DNA of 55,093 nucleotides from Deltaproteobacteria bacterium RIFOXYD12_FULL_55_16 (GTDB taxonomy: Bacteria > Desulfobacterota > Desulfobulbia > Desulfobulbales > Desulfurivibrionaceae), in the NCBI GenBank assembly GCA_001799255.1, contig MGTC01000035.1:65024-120116 (forward strand), read 5' to 3'. Positions 36,239 to 45,264 of the stretch are shown here, one piece after another. Positions within the stretch are counted from its first letter, which is position 1. Each line of letters starts with the position of its first letter. The notes below the pieces were generated by a model, which saw only the letters and a program-made list of their open reading frames with translations, searched no databases and was not told the origin of the DNA. The translations under genes were made by a program, and so were the position numbers.

Positions 36239-37147
36239 TCATTTATAATTATAGTTAGTCAGGTCAAGGTTGATTTCTTTAGCGTAGTTGTATACGACTT
36301 GGTAATCGAGGTCCTTTGTTTCTATGAATTTATTCGCCCCGAATTTCTTCAGGATTTTCCTGCCTTCCGGATCGAAGTGCATGGTCAGCAAGATGTCCTT
36401 CAACCTGTTTTTTGTTGCTTCGCTTATCCCCTCCCTCAAGGCCAGACAGTTTTCCGGGACCTCCGGGGATCTGGCAAGAATGGCGAGCTCATCGCTTATC
36501 TTGCTGTCATCCAGGACCATCCTTTCATAAACAGTGTCTTTTGCCGAGGTTATATCCGCCTTTCCATGCAGAACGTCATGGATCGCATCTTCGTGGGTTC
36601 CGGTATAATAGACTTCTCTAAGATAATTCTCATAATCAGCAATCCCGTGTCCTTTGAAATAGCGGAGCGGAAAGAGATACCCTGCGTATGTTCCCTTATC
36701 GACAAAGGCGAATCGCCTTCCTTTCATCTGGGTTACGTTTTTTATCCCGCTGTCTTTTCTGACCAGGATCAAACCATAGTAGGTGGATTTCCCCTCTTCA
36801 TCTTCGGGCCTGACGATTGCCTCAACCCCCAGCCTCGCATGCGCCAGAACATAGGTGAAGCTGCCAAAGATGGCGCCGTCCAGGCCGGCCTGGATGAAAT
36901 TATCAATAATGCTTCCATAGCGGGTCAGGACGATCAGCTTGATATTTATCCTGCTCTTCCGAGAGAGATACTCTATCAGAGGCTCATACCTGTCCAGCTG
37001 TTTGAAGATATTCTGCTCAGGGATGAGCCCTATCAGCAGGGTCTCCCGCTTTTCCTCCGCAGGAGGCGCCTCCGCCTTCTTGCAGCCAGACTGGGAAAAT
37101 ATGCACAGACAAGCCAGCGCCATGATGCCAAGCGATAATCTTTTCAT
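36239..37147 (-). CDS. PhnD-like phosphate/phosphonate-binding-family lipoprotein
   Basis: Lipobox-like QSGC; GLIPEQ, YYGLILVRKDSGI, FAFVD..T.AGYLFP, TGTHED motifs. Confidence 0.8.
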   Translation of the reverse strand: MKRLSLGIMALACLCIFSQSGCKKAEAPPAEEKRETLLIGLIPEQNIFKQLDRYEPLIEYLSRKSRINIKLIVLTRYGSIIDNFIQAGLDGAIFGSFTYVLAHARLGVEAIVRPEDEEGKSTYYGLILVRKDSGIKNVTQMKGRRFAFVDKGTYAGYLFPLRYFKGHGIADYENYLREVYYTGTHEDAIHDVLHGKADITSAKDTVYERMVLDDSKISDELAILARSPEVPENCLALREGISEATKNRLKDILLTMHFDPEGRKILKKFGANKFIETKDLDYQVVYNYAKEINLDLTNYNYK

Positions 37148-37163
37148 GCCTTCCCTCCATAAT

Positions 37164-37372
37164 TGATGGACTCGTAACAACTCATCTTTTAACGCGGAGT
37201 CGCAAAGCCGCAAAGTTTTACAGCTGAGTTGAGCAGCTTGCCGGATTTTATGCCCTTCAGGGTGCAAACGAAACTTATGCCCTCTGGGTGTAATCCTTTT
37301 ATTTCAAGATGTTGTGCCCAAAGGGTATAAGTTTCGTTTATCTTTGCGTCTCTGCGTTCTGCCGTTACGTTT
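37164..37372. repeat. Second short-repeat family (AAACGAAACTTATRCCCTYTGGG inverted pair), related copy at about 41174-41230
   Basis: Shared AGCTGAGTYGAGCAGCTTGC and CAAACGAAACTTAT blocks; internal inverted repeat. Confidence 0.6.
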
Positions 37373-37391
37373 TTCAGTTGTTACACCTCCA

Positions 37392-40300
37392 TCAAAGCTC
37401 ATGCTGGCCCTTCTGGTGGCAGCGAGTGCAAAGCACCCGGCGCATATTGCCACGGGTGAGTTTTTCATGATCAGAGGAGTGAGGATCATGGCAGCTCGCG
37501 CAGTCTATGAAACGCCCGGTCACTGCGTCCACATAAGGGCTTTTTCCCATGCCGTGCATGTGGGTTTGTTCAACCTTTTCATGGCACTGGAGACAAAGTG
37601 ATTTCATCTCCTTGGCCAGGAGCTTGGCCTGGCTGCCGCTATGAGCAAGATGACAGGTTCCGCAGCCCTCTTCGACCGCAGCATGCTTGTTTTTCTTGCC
37701 CATTATCTCCCTGTCGTGACAGTCGTAGCACAGGGCCGGAGAACTCCTCAGCAGTAGAGGCTTGGCCGCAGCCGCATGAGGAGAGTGACAGGTCAGGCAT
37801 TCCTTGCCGGAGGAAACAGGAGAATGCCGCACATCCCCTTCAAAGCCCTTCTTTCTGGCGACTTCATGGCAGTCCCAGCAGAGGGCTGGCACCTGCTTGC
37901 GCAACGCCTTGCTTCCCTCTGCGGCATGACAGGACACACACTTTTCTTCCGCATAGGGTTTATGCGCGAAGATGCCCTGATTAGCCTTGCTCCCTTTGAC
38001 GCCGCCATGGGGATCATGGCAACTGCTACAGTTGACGTCCGAGATATCGATGCCATGGTGCTTAGGTCTCAGCTTGACGGCATCATGACACTTAAAACAA
38101 AGAAGGGGAATACTCTTAGCCAGCAGCCTCTTGTTATTGGTGCCGTGCGGATCATGGCAGGCAGCGCAATTGCCGTCGGCTACCGGTTTATGCAATGATC
38201 TGTCAGCAAGTTTTTTCTTGAAGTCCTCATGACAGCTGAAACATAGGTCCTTGCCGGTCATTGCCAGCAGCCCCTTGTTGCTGGCGGAATGGTGGGCATG
38301 GCAGGCCACACAGTTGCCGTCCGCCAGCGGTTTGTGCTGGAACCTTCTCTCGGGGATGTCCGCCTTATCGCTGTGGCAGATGAAACAGAGTTTGGCGCCT
38401 TTTTTCACCAGCAACTTGTCCGCCGAGGCTGCGTGGGGATCATGGCAGGAAACGCAATCGCCACTCTTCACCGGCGCATGGACAACCGCGGCTTTAATAA
38501 TGTCTTTCTTGTCGTGACACTCGAAACAGAGCTTTTCCTTGGGCACGAGCAGGATGACAGCGCCTGCCGCGCCGGACGGCGCATGACAGGCGGCGCAGCC
38601 TCCATCCTTGAACGGTTCGTGCACCTTGCTCTTCAGCAGTTTTTTATTCGTGGAGGCATGAGGATCATGACAGGTTGCGCAATTGGATTTCTTGCTCGCC
38701 AGATTTTTATGCGCGCTACTGAGTTGTTCCTTGGCCAGATTATGACATCTGGAGCAGAGTTCGCCCACAGGCTTGACCAGCATCCCAGGGTTGGCGGTGC
38801 CGTGCGGGTCGTGGCAGACATTGCATTTTCCCAGTTGCACCGGAGAATGCACCGTCCCTTCCTTGAATCTTTTCTCTTCCTCCTTATGGCAGGAATAACA
38901 AAGTACTGTGCCCGCAGCGCTCAGCCCCTTCTCAAAATCTGCCGCATGCGGATTATGACAGCCCGTGCAATCGCCACGCGCCACAGGAGTATGCACATTC
39001 GCTGCGGCAAACGCCTGAGTCATTCCACCATGGCAGGTCAGGCAGAGGGTTTTCTGTTTATCACTCAGCAAGGCGCGGTTGTTGCTGCCATGGGGGTTGT
39101 GACAGCCGCCACAATCTTCCTGCGCCGGCGGATGCGGATATTTTTTCGTAAGAGTCTTTTTCAGCTCCGCATGGCAACTGAGGCAAAGCTCCTTGCCCAC
39201 AATCTTGGTCAACCCCTTACCCTCTGACCGGTGCGGCGTATGGCAGGCCGAGCAGCCCTTCTCCACCAGCGGCTTATGGGTATAGCGTGAACCGGCCTGC
39301 GCCTTTACTGCGGGGTGGCAACCGGCGCAGAGAGTGATCTCGACCGCCTTGAGCAGTTTTGGCGACAAAGCGCTGTGGGGCAGGTGGCAGGTCAGACAGC
39401 CATTTTTATCGAGCGCCAGGTGAAGGGTGCCGGGGCGCGCCAGCTCCTTGCTGATCTTGTCATGGCAGGACAGGCAGAGCTCCTTGCCCGCAGTCTTCAG
39501 CAGCACCTTGTTCGCGGAGCCGTGCACATCATGACAGGCGGCGCACTGGCCTGCCGCCAGAGGAGCGTGAACCTGCGGCTTGCTGAATTCGGCCTGCAAG
39601 GGCAGATGACACTCAAGACAGAGAACCTTCATCCCGCTCTTGAGCAGCGGCCGCACCGCGCTTTTATGAGGAGCATGGCAGACCATGCAATCTCCCTCCT
39701 TGGCCGGATAATGGATAACGGGTTTCACGGTCTGTTTGCTGATCTCATCATGACACCCGACACACAGCTCTTTCACTGGCGCGGTCAGGGAGTTCGCCCT
39801 GGCCGGCACGCTCGCGTGACAGATCGCACAGTCCCCCTGGGCGTATGGCCCATGAATTTCGGGCAGAACAGCGCTGGCTTTTACAGTGGCATGCGGGTCA
39901 TGACAATCGGCGCACAGCTGTTTCTGCACCGCCGCAAGATTATGGGGGGGCTTGACGATTGCCGCCTTGGCATGGCAGGTAAAACAGAGGTCATTGCCCT
40001 TGGCGACCAGCAGGCGATCCTGGTCGGTCGCGTGAGCAGGATGACACCTGGCGCATTCTCCCTTGGCGAAAGGCTGATGAATGCCAGCAAAAGACATTTT
40101 GGCCTTGAGCTGCAGATGGCAGGTAAAACAGACCGAGGTTTTGTCCTCCGTATCCCGGAGCAGATTTTTCGCATTCGAGGCGTGGGGGTTGTGGCAGGCG
40201 GTGCATTTCCCTTGCTTCACCGGGGCATGCACGGTCTTTTTATCGAAATTGGCCTTGCTTTCCTCATGGCAGGAAAAACACAGGGCCGCGCCTTCCTTTT

Positions 40301-40517
40301 TCAGGACAAGCCGGTTGGCAAAGCCATGCCGCTTGTGGCAGATTTCACAGTTCCCTTTGCCGACTGGCGCGTGGACAAAGGTTTTCACATGGGCCGCCTG
40401 GGCTTTTTTGTGACAGTCGTAACAGGTTTTTTCTGCGGCCAGACAGTTGCCAGCCCCTGAAATCATGAACCCGATCAGCGACAAAACCAGAATCTTCCAA
40501 GATCTTTCCATTCTCAC
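37392..40517 (-). CDS. 42-heme c-type cytochrome (doubled-CXXCH repeat family)
   Basis: 42 CxxCH counted in 1041 aa; signal peptide. Confidence 0.92.
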   Translation of the reverse strand: MRMERSWKILVLSLIGFMISGAGNCLAAEKTCYDCHKKAQAAHVKTFVHAPVGKGNCEICHKRHGFANRLVLKKEGAALCFSCHEESKANFDKKTVHAPVKQGKCTACHNPHASNAKNLLRDTEDKTSVCFTCHLQLKAKMSFAGIHQPFAKGECARCHPAHATDQDRLLVAKGNDLCFTCHAKAAIVKPPHNLAAVQKQLCADCHDPHATVKASAVLPEIHGPYAQGDCAICHASVPARANSLTAPVKELCVGCHDEISKQTVKPVIHYPAKEGDCMVCHAPHKSAVRPLLKSGMKVLCLECHLPLQAEFSKPQVHAPLAAGQCAACHDVHGSANKVLLKTAGKELCLSCHDKISKELARPGTLHLALDKNGCLTCHLPHSALSPKLLKAVEITLCAGCHPAVKAQAGSRYTHKPLVEKGCSACHTPHRSEGKGLTKIVGKELCLSCHAELKKTLTKKYPHPPAQEDCGGCHNPHGSNNRALLSDKQKTLCLTCHGGMTQAFAAANVHTPVARGDCTGCHNPHAADFEKGLSAAGTVLCYSCHKEEEKRFKEGTVHSPVQLGKCNVCHDPHGTANPGMLVKPVGELCSRCHNLAKEQLSSAHKNLASKKSNCATCHDPHASTNKKLLKSKVHEPFKDGGCAACHAPSGAAGAVILLVPKEKLCFECHDKKDIIKAAVVHAPVKSGDCVSCHDPHAASADKLLVKKGAKLCFICHSDKADIPERRFQHKPLADGNCVACHAHHSASNKGLLAMTGKDLCFSCHEDFKKKLADRSLHKPVADGNCAACHDPHGTNNKRLLAKSIPLLCFKCHDAVKLRPKHHGIDISDVNCSSCHDPHGGVKGSKANQGIFAHKPYAEEKCVSCHAAEGSKALRKQVPALCWDCHEVARKKGFEGDVRHSPVSSGKECLTCHSPHAAAAKPLLLRSSPALCYDCHDREIMGKKNKHAAVEEGCGTCHLAHSGSQAKLLAKEMKSLCLQCHEKVEQTHMHGMGKSPYVDAVTGRFIDCASCHDPHSSDHEKLTRGNMRRVLCTRCHQKGQHEL

Positions 40518-40577
40518 AACCTCATCTGAAAACCTGAAATTATTCCCGGCGCAGTCGAAGGACTGCGCCGGTACTCT

Positions 40578-41243
40578 CTATCGTTGGCCAAAGGCGGCGG
40601 CGCAGGAGCGCGCCAACTCGATGGCGACTTCTGCGGCCAGTTCATTGATGGATTTAATCCTGCCAATCCCAAAGACGACTTCCTTGTCGTTACCAGTGCG
40701 GTTGACATTGGCCGCCCAGACAATATTACCGGTCTGCGTCTCAAGAATCCGCACACTGATGGCCACCACCGGACTTTCCCCGGAGCCTCCCGCCCCGGAG
40801 AAACGCTTCACCTCGTACTCATGCACCACGCTCAACATGAGCAGATCGACCCCGAGATCCTTTCCCAGCTTGATGACGGTTTCCTTCGACATACTGGTGG
40901 CAAGCCTTACCCTGGCTTCCGACAGTACCGCCGAAACCTGGCCTGGCTCGACAATGGTAAAGATTGGGAAGCGGAGGAACTCCACCAGCACCAGATTCTC
41001 CATGGTCTTGGAAGCTCCCTGAGCCGCGCTCAGATTATCGAAAGGCAGAATCGCCATTTTCCCGGCCTTGAAACTGTCGCTGACATAAGGCCGCATGACA
41101 ACCTTGGAACATCCGGCCAGCGGCAGAGAGAAGACCAGCAGATAGAGCGAAAGAAAACAAAATCGCCTGATAAAGCTGAGTCGAGCAGCTTGCTTGCTCA
41201 AACGAAACTTATCTCCTTTGGGGATAACAGCACTTGCACACAT
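40578..41243 (-). CDS. PelC/CsgG-like lipoprotein
   Basis: Lipobox LAGC; MAILPFDNLS...GVDLL...V.EY...TGNIVW. Confidence 0.7.
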   Translation of the reverse strand: MCASAVIPKGDKFRLSKQAARLSFIRRFCFLSLYLLVFSLPLAGCSKVVMRPYVSDSFKAGKMAILPFDNLSAAQGASKTMENLVLVEFLRFPIFTIVEPGQVSAVLSEARVRLATSMSKETVIKLGKDLGVDLLMLSVVHEYEVKRFSGAGGSGESPVVAISVRILETQTGNIVWAANVNRTGNDKEVVFGIGRIKSINELAAEVAIELARSCAAAFGQR

Positions 41244-41299
41244 TCTTCTTCTCCTTTTAACCTCGAAGATTGTCAGGGTTGAATTGACACAGCCATTCC

Positions 41300-41926
41300 T
41301 TATTTCAGGCCTTCCAGCACGTCAAAAAAACTCTTCGGATACGCACTCTCAAAAAAGTTGCTGGCCATATCCTTGCAGATCTTCTGACTCAACTGCCCAA
41401 GGGTAAACGATTCACCGATGCTGACGATGGGGAGATTGGGCCCGCCGACCGCGCTCACCGTATTCTGCCAGACTATGGTTCCCGTAGGGGCGTCGATGAA
41501 TTTCAAGGTCATCGAAATCATGGGATACTGCTCCCCGCCAAGCTGGATCATCTTATAATCGTGAACCGTTCCCATGAAAAGCCCCTGCACCCCCGCCACC
41601 TGAGCAATCTGACCCAGATGGGTTGGGCTCAGCTCCTGACTGACGCCCGGCCCTGATATTTTGGCGACCTGGGCGACCACCCCGTTAAGCTGGCCGGTAT
41701 CCATCACCGCCAGGTTCCCCCAGATAAGCAGCTCGGTTATGAAATTCTCGATCAGCTTCTCCCCGGCAAAACGGTCTTCAGCCTGGTTGGTAAAGGGAAG
41801 CACGCCGACCTTCTGATAAAAGCTGAAATCCGACTCGGGATGAATAAAACTCCGGCTCTTGGTCATCGTACTGCACCCCGTGGCCAGGAACAGAAAAACC
41901 AGCAATATCCCCCATTTTTTTTTCAT
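41300..41926 (-). CDS. PelC/CsgG-like lipoprotein
   Basis: Lipobox LATGC; VGVLPFTN...GVQGLFMGTVHDY...TGTIVW; resembles 17446..18069. Confidence 0.7.
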   Translation of the reverse strand: MKKKWGILLVFLFLATGCSTMTKSRSFIHPESDFSFYQKVGVLPFTNQAEDRFAGEKLIENFITELLIWGNLAVMDTGQLNGVVAQVAKISGPGVSQELSPTHLGQIAQVAGVQGLFMGTVHDYKMIQLGGEQYPMISMTLKFIDAPTGTIVWQNTVSAVGGPNLPIVSIGESFTLGQLSQKICKDMASNFFESAYPKSFFDVLEGLK

Positions 41927-41965
41927 TGCTCTCACTCTGCACGTTTCGTTAATAGAATGACGCCT

Positions 41966-42097
41966 GCGCCTCTTGCAAGATGCGTCACCCCGGCGAAGGC
42001 CGGGGTCCAGTCTTGTCGCAACTTGTCGGAAACACTGGATTCCGGCCTTCGCCGGAATGACGAGTTGCTTGGGTTTTGTTCCTTTTGCAAAAGGCTC
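41966..42097. repeat. Palindromic REP/MITE-like element
   Basis: CGTCACCCCGGCGAAGGCCGGGGTCCAG ... CTGGATTCCGGCCTTCGCCGGAATGACG (41983-42062), inside outer imperfect inverted repeats GCGCCTCTTGCAAGA / TTTTGCAAAAGGCTC. Confidence 0.75.
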
Positions 42098-42102
42098 GCC
42101 TG

Positions 42103-43914
42103 CTAGAAGGATTTGCTCAAAGTGGCCCTGAATAAATGCGTCTGGTCTTCGCTGAACAATTGCGTGGTGCCGTATGTCAGTCCCAGGCTGATTCTTTTAA
42201 ACAGCGATATACTGACCCCCCCAAAAAAATTGTCCGTTGCCTTAAGAGCGGTAAATGTTTTACTGTAACTGCCAGTAAACTGATGGCCACGAAAGAAGCG
42301 GTAGGACATGCTCGCCGTGGTCGAGTAACTTGCCGCGCCAGTTTGCGGCAAGTTGGCCGAACCGCTGAGACTGTAACTGGTGCGCAGATTCGGCCTGTAG
42401 CTGAACGAACTGGTGGCGGTTCGGCTGCCGAGTTCCAGAAGATCAAGTTTCTCGGCGTTGGAATTTGCGGCAAGAGAAAGTGCCAGCGAGGTCTTGTCCG
42501 TAGGGATCATGTTGAACTGCACCGTCTTGGACACCGTGAACTGCTCGGTGAGCAGCACAAAATGAACAGGCAGCGACCAGTCAGTGGCATTATTCGTATT
42601 CACTAACTTAGTATAAAGTTCATTATTGATCGTGTCAAAAAAGGTGAAGCCGACCGGTCTGTCATTATAAAGATTCCGGTCGGCAAACGTTCCGGAGGCG
42701 CCAAAAAGTCTGGTATTGACAAAGCCGGGATTCTCGCTTCTACCGACATTGAAGTTGACCCGGGCGGAGATTCTGGGGGTTAGATCCATAGTCGAGTTGA
42801 GGCTGAAGCCATCCCTGATGTTGTCCCCCTGCTCTGGATCGAACTCGGCGCTGCGGGAGAGATTCAAACCCACCTGAATCTCGTCCCGCAGTCTGTCTGA
42901 AAAGGTAGCCGCCACTGTTCTGTAGTCCACGCTGCGCGTCAGCGCCACATCATCAAAGGTCCTGTTTCCCAGAGTTGCCGTAAATTGCAGGGAGGGAAAC
43001 GGGGAGAGCCTACCCGACACATCTATCGTCTGGCTGCCGGTGCTGGTGCCGGTAACAGCAAGCGTGCCCGTAGAATCTGCGAGGTCCTTTCTGAAATTTC
43101 CCGTCACCCCCAACCATTCCAGCGGGCTGCTGTTGAGATTCAAGCTCAGACCCTTGCTCGTATTCGTGGTCTGCTCCCCCCTCGAGCCCTGACTGGTGCT
43201 CTGATTAAGACTCACATCACCAGACAGCGTGGTCTGCGGCAAGATCTCGTAACTGCCGCCAGTTCCGAAAAAAATGGAATCAGAGGAAAAACTCAGGACT
43301 CCCTGGGAAAAACTTTCCTGGGTTGAATACCCGCCCCGGAAGTTCAGCCACTCGTACTGGTAATCCCCGAACAGGGAGATCGTGTCGGTCTGGGCCTCAT
43401 TGTTCCTTATCCCGGAAGTTGTGGTCTTGGTAGTGGTGTAATCGGCCGCAAGGCGCGGCAGATCCTGCGGCGCCAGACTGAACGCGGCCCTGGAGATTTT
43501 GGTGTCGACCAGATCCGCATTGGCGCTGAGAGTTGCATAGTTGCTGTGCCGCATATTGAAGCCGTATGAATCTCCGGTAAGATCAACCCCCAGGTTGCCA
43601 AAGGGCGCAGCGTTCCAACTCCCACTCCACAGGCTCTCCTTGCCCGAATCGATGAAATTAATCTTGGCATTGAGGAGGAGGCCAAGCCGTTTCGTCATCA
43701 CAGGGACTAGATCAAAATTAAGGCCTGCCTGAAAAAGATTGGAGCTGCTTTCAGGAGTAGTCACCTTGGTGTCTTCCATAGAAAAAGAGCCGCTCAATTT
43801 GGGGATGGCCGATCCCGACACGGGAAAAAAGAACAGAAGCGCCTGGGCCAGCAACGCAAACAGGAAGTATGGCAAAAGCCGCCTTCGGTAATCATCGCGG
43901 ATAGTTGACGACAT
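42103..43914 (-). CDS. Outer-membrane beta-barrel protein
   Basis: Signal peptide, S/T/G/F-rich alternating strands, C-terminal LFRATLSKSF; exact start uncertain (43914 or 43929). Confidence 0.75.
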   Translation of the reverse strand: MSSTIRDDYRRRLLPYFLFALLAQALLFFFPVSGSAIPKLSGSFSMEDTKVTTPESSSNLFQAGLNFDLVPVMTKRLGLLLNAKINFIDSGKESLWSGSWNAAPFGNLGVDLTGDSYGFNMRHSNYATLSANADLVDTKISRAAFSLAPQDLPRLAADYTTTKTTTSGIRNNEAQTDTISLFGDYQYEWLNFRGGYSTQESFSQGVLSFSSDSIFFGTGGSYEILPQTTLSGDVSLNQSTSQGSRGEQTTNTSKGLSLNLNSSPLEWLGVTGNFRKDLADSTGTLAVTGTSTGSQTIDVSGRLSPFPSLQFTATLGNRTFDDVALTRSVDYRTVAATFSDRLRDEIQVGLNLSRSAEFDPEQGDNIRDGFSLNSTMDLTPRISARVNFNVGRSENPGFVNTRLFGASGTFADRNLYNDRPVGFTFFDTINNELYTKLVNTNNATDWSLPVHFVLLTEQFTVSKTVQFNMIPTDKTSLALSLAANSNAEKLDLLELGSRTATSSFSYRPNLRTSYSLSGSANLPQTGAASYSTTASMSYRFFRGHQFTGSYSKTFTALKATDNFFGGVSISLFKRISLGLTYGTTQLFSEDQTHLFRATLSKSF

Positions 43915-45250
43915 AGGACTTGGAACCATGACAGGTCGAGGTACAGGATCCTCCTGCCGCAGTCATGCTGAAATTTCTAAGACCGGGATTTCTGCCAATA
44001 ACGATCAGCGCCCCGAATTGCGGGGAACCGTGGGATTCATGACAGGCATAACAGGAGAGGCGCTGCTGCCCCACATGCCAGACATGTTTGCCGAACCTGC
44101 TGTACGCCTGCTGGGCGGGCGCAGAAAGGGTGTCGGCATAGGTCGCGAAACTATGGCACCTGAAACAGAGATCGTCCCGGTTGCTGACTCTGCCAAGACC
44201 CTGCGTCTCGTAAGCGCTTTTGAGGAGCTTCGGAAACCTGGAGCCATGCGGCCCACGGATATCCGTTTCGTCGGAGCCATGACAATCACTGCAATGCACC
44301 AGGCTGAAGGAGTTCAAACCTCCCGCGAAAGAGAGCAGATTGATGTTGGCATTCTTCCCCTGCGCCTCCACCGGATGGAAGGAGGCGTTGGCTGGATTCA
44401 GCAGCAGGGCAATGTCCTGCTGCCCAGGTGGCTGCCGGGTCCAGGAGGAGTGGCATTTATAGCAGAGCTGATATTCCAGCAGCGGGGTGCTGTTGTCCCT
44501 TGCCGACACATATTCATAACGGGGCACAATGCCGGGGCCATTGTTCGTGACCCTGATTCTGCCAACCAGGGCATTCCGTCTGGAGGCTGCTGGCGCGATG
44601 GGCGGCACTGCGTCGCCGACAACGGCATGGGCGTTATGGCAGTCGCTGCAGTCGGCGTGCCGGTTGCCGCCTGAATACGAATAACGGGCGGGATCATCCG
44701 GGCCTGCGCTGTTAATCCGAGACATTCCCCTGTGGCTGTAAGGTTTGCGTATTTCCCTGGCAATGTCCTTCGTGGCCTTGCTTCCGTTATGGCAGGTAAG
44801 ACACAGGCTCTCCTCCCGGATACTCAGCAGACCGGAGATCTTGCCGATGCGGTCCTGTCGGCCATGAGGGTTATGACAGTTGAGGCATTTCCCGGCCGCA
44901 TTTGGTTCCCTGCGGGCGGAGGGAGTTGGCCCCGGCCAGATAAAGCGGGCGTCTGTCTTGTGGGCGGAAACCTCGTAAGCCGCACGGCCAGGATAACCGC
45001 CGGAAAGATTCTCCGCCGCATGACAGGCGTAGCAGAGATCGTTGTCGTTTTCCCGCCAGAGTTCTTTGGGAAATCTGGCCTTGCCGGAAACATGGCACTG
45101 ACGGCAGGAGCCCCTGGCCAGGGCCTGCTCCCGCTGGGGCCCGGTCAACGGATTGCCGTGCCCGGTCTCACTGTAGACCCCGGCTCCGGCCAGAGTCAGG
45201 CCACCAAGCAGGATCAGGAGAAGAAACGAAATTGCGGAAATTTTTCTCAT
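43892..45250 (-). CDS. Multiheme cytochrome c (9 CxxCH plus 1 CxxxCH)
   Basis: 9 canonical motifs and C-terminal CTSTCH; signal peptide. Confidence 0.88.
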   Translation of the reverse strand: MRKISAISFLLLILLGGLTLAGAGVYSETGHGNPLTGPQREQALARGSCRQCHVSGKARFPKELWRENDNDLCYACHAAENLSGGYPGRAAYEVSAHKTDARFIWPGPTPSARREPNAAGKCLNCHNPHGRQDRIGKISGLLSIREESLCLTCHNGSKATKDIAREIRKPYSHRGMSRINSAGPDDPARYSYSGGNRHADCSDCHNAHAVVGDAVPPIAPAASRRNALVGRIRVTNNGPGIVPRYEYVSARDNSTPLLEYQLCYKCHSSWTRQPPGQQDIALLLNPANASFHPVEAQGKNANINLLSFAGGLNSFSLVHCSDCHGSDETDIRGPHGSRFPKLLKSAYETQGLGRVSNRDDLCFRCHSFATYADTLSAPAQQAYSRFGKHVWHVGQQRLSCYACHESHGSPQFGALIVIGRNPGLRNFSMTAAGGSCTSTCHGSKSYVVNYPR

Positions 45251-45264
45251 CCCATCTTTTTCCA

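Noticed and set aside
36239-37147. Phosphonate uptake operon
   Set aside because: No phnC/phnE genes in the window
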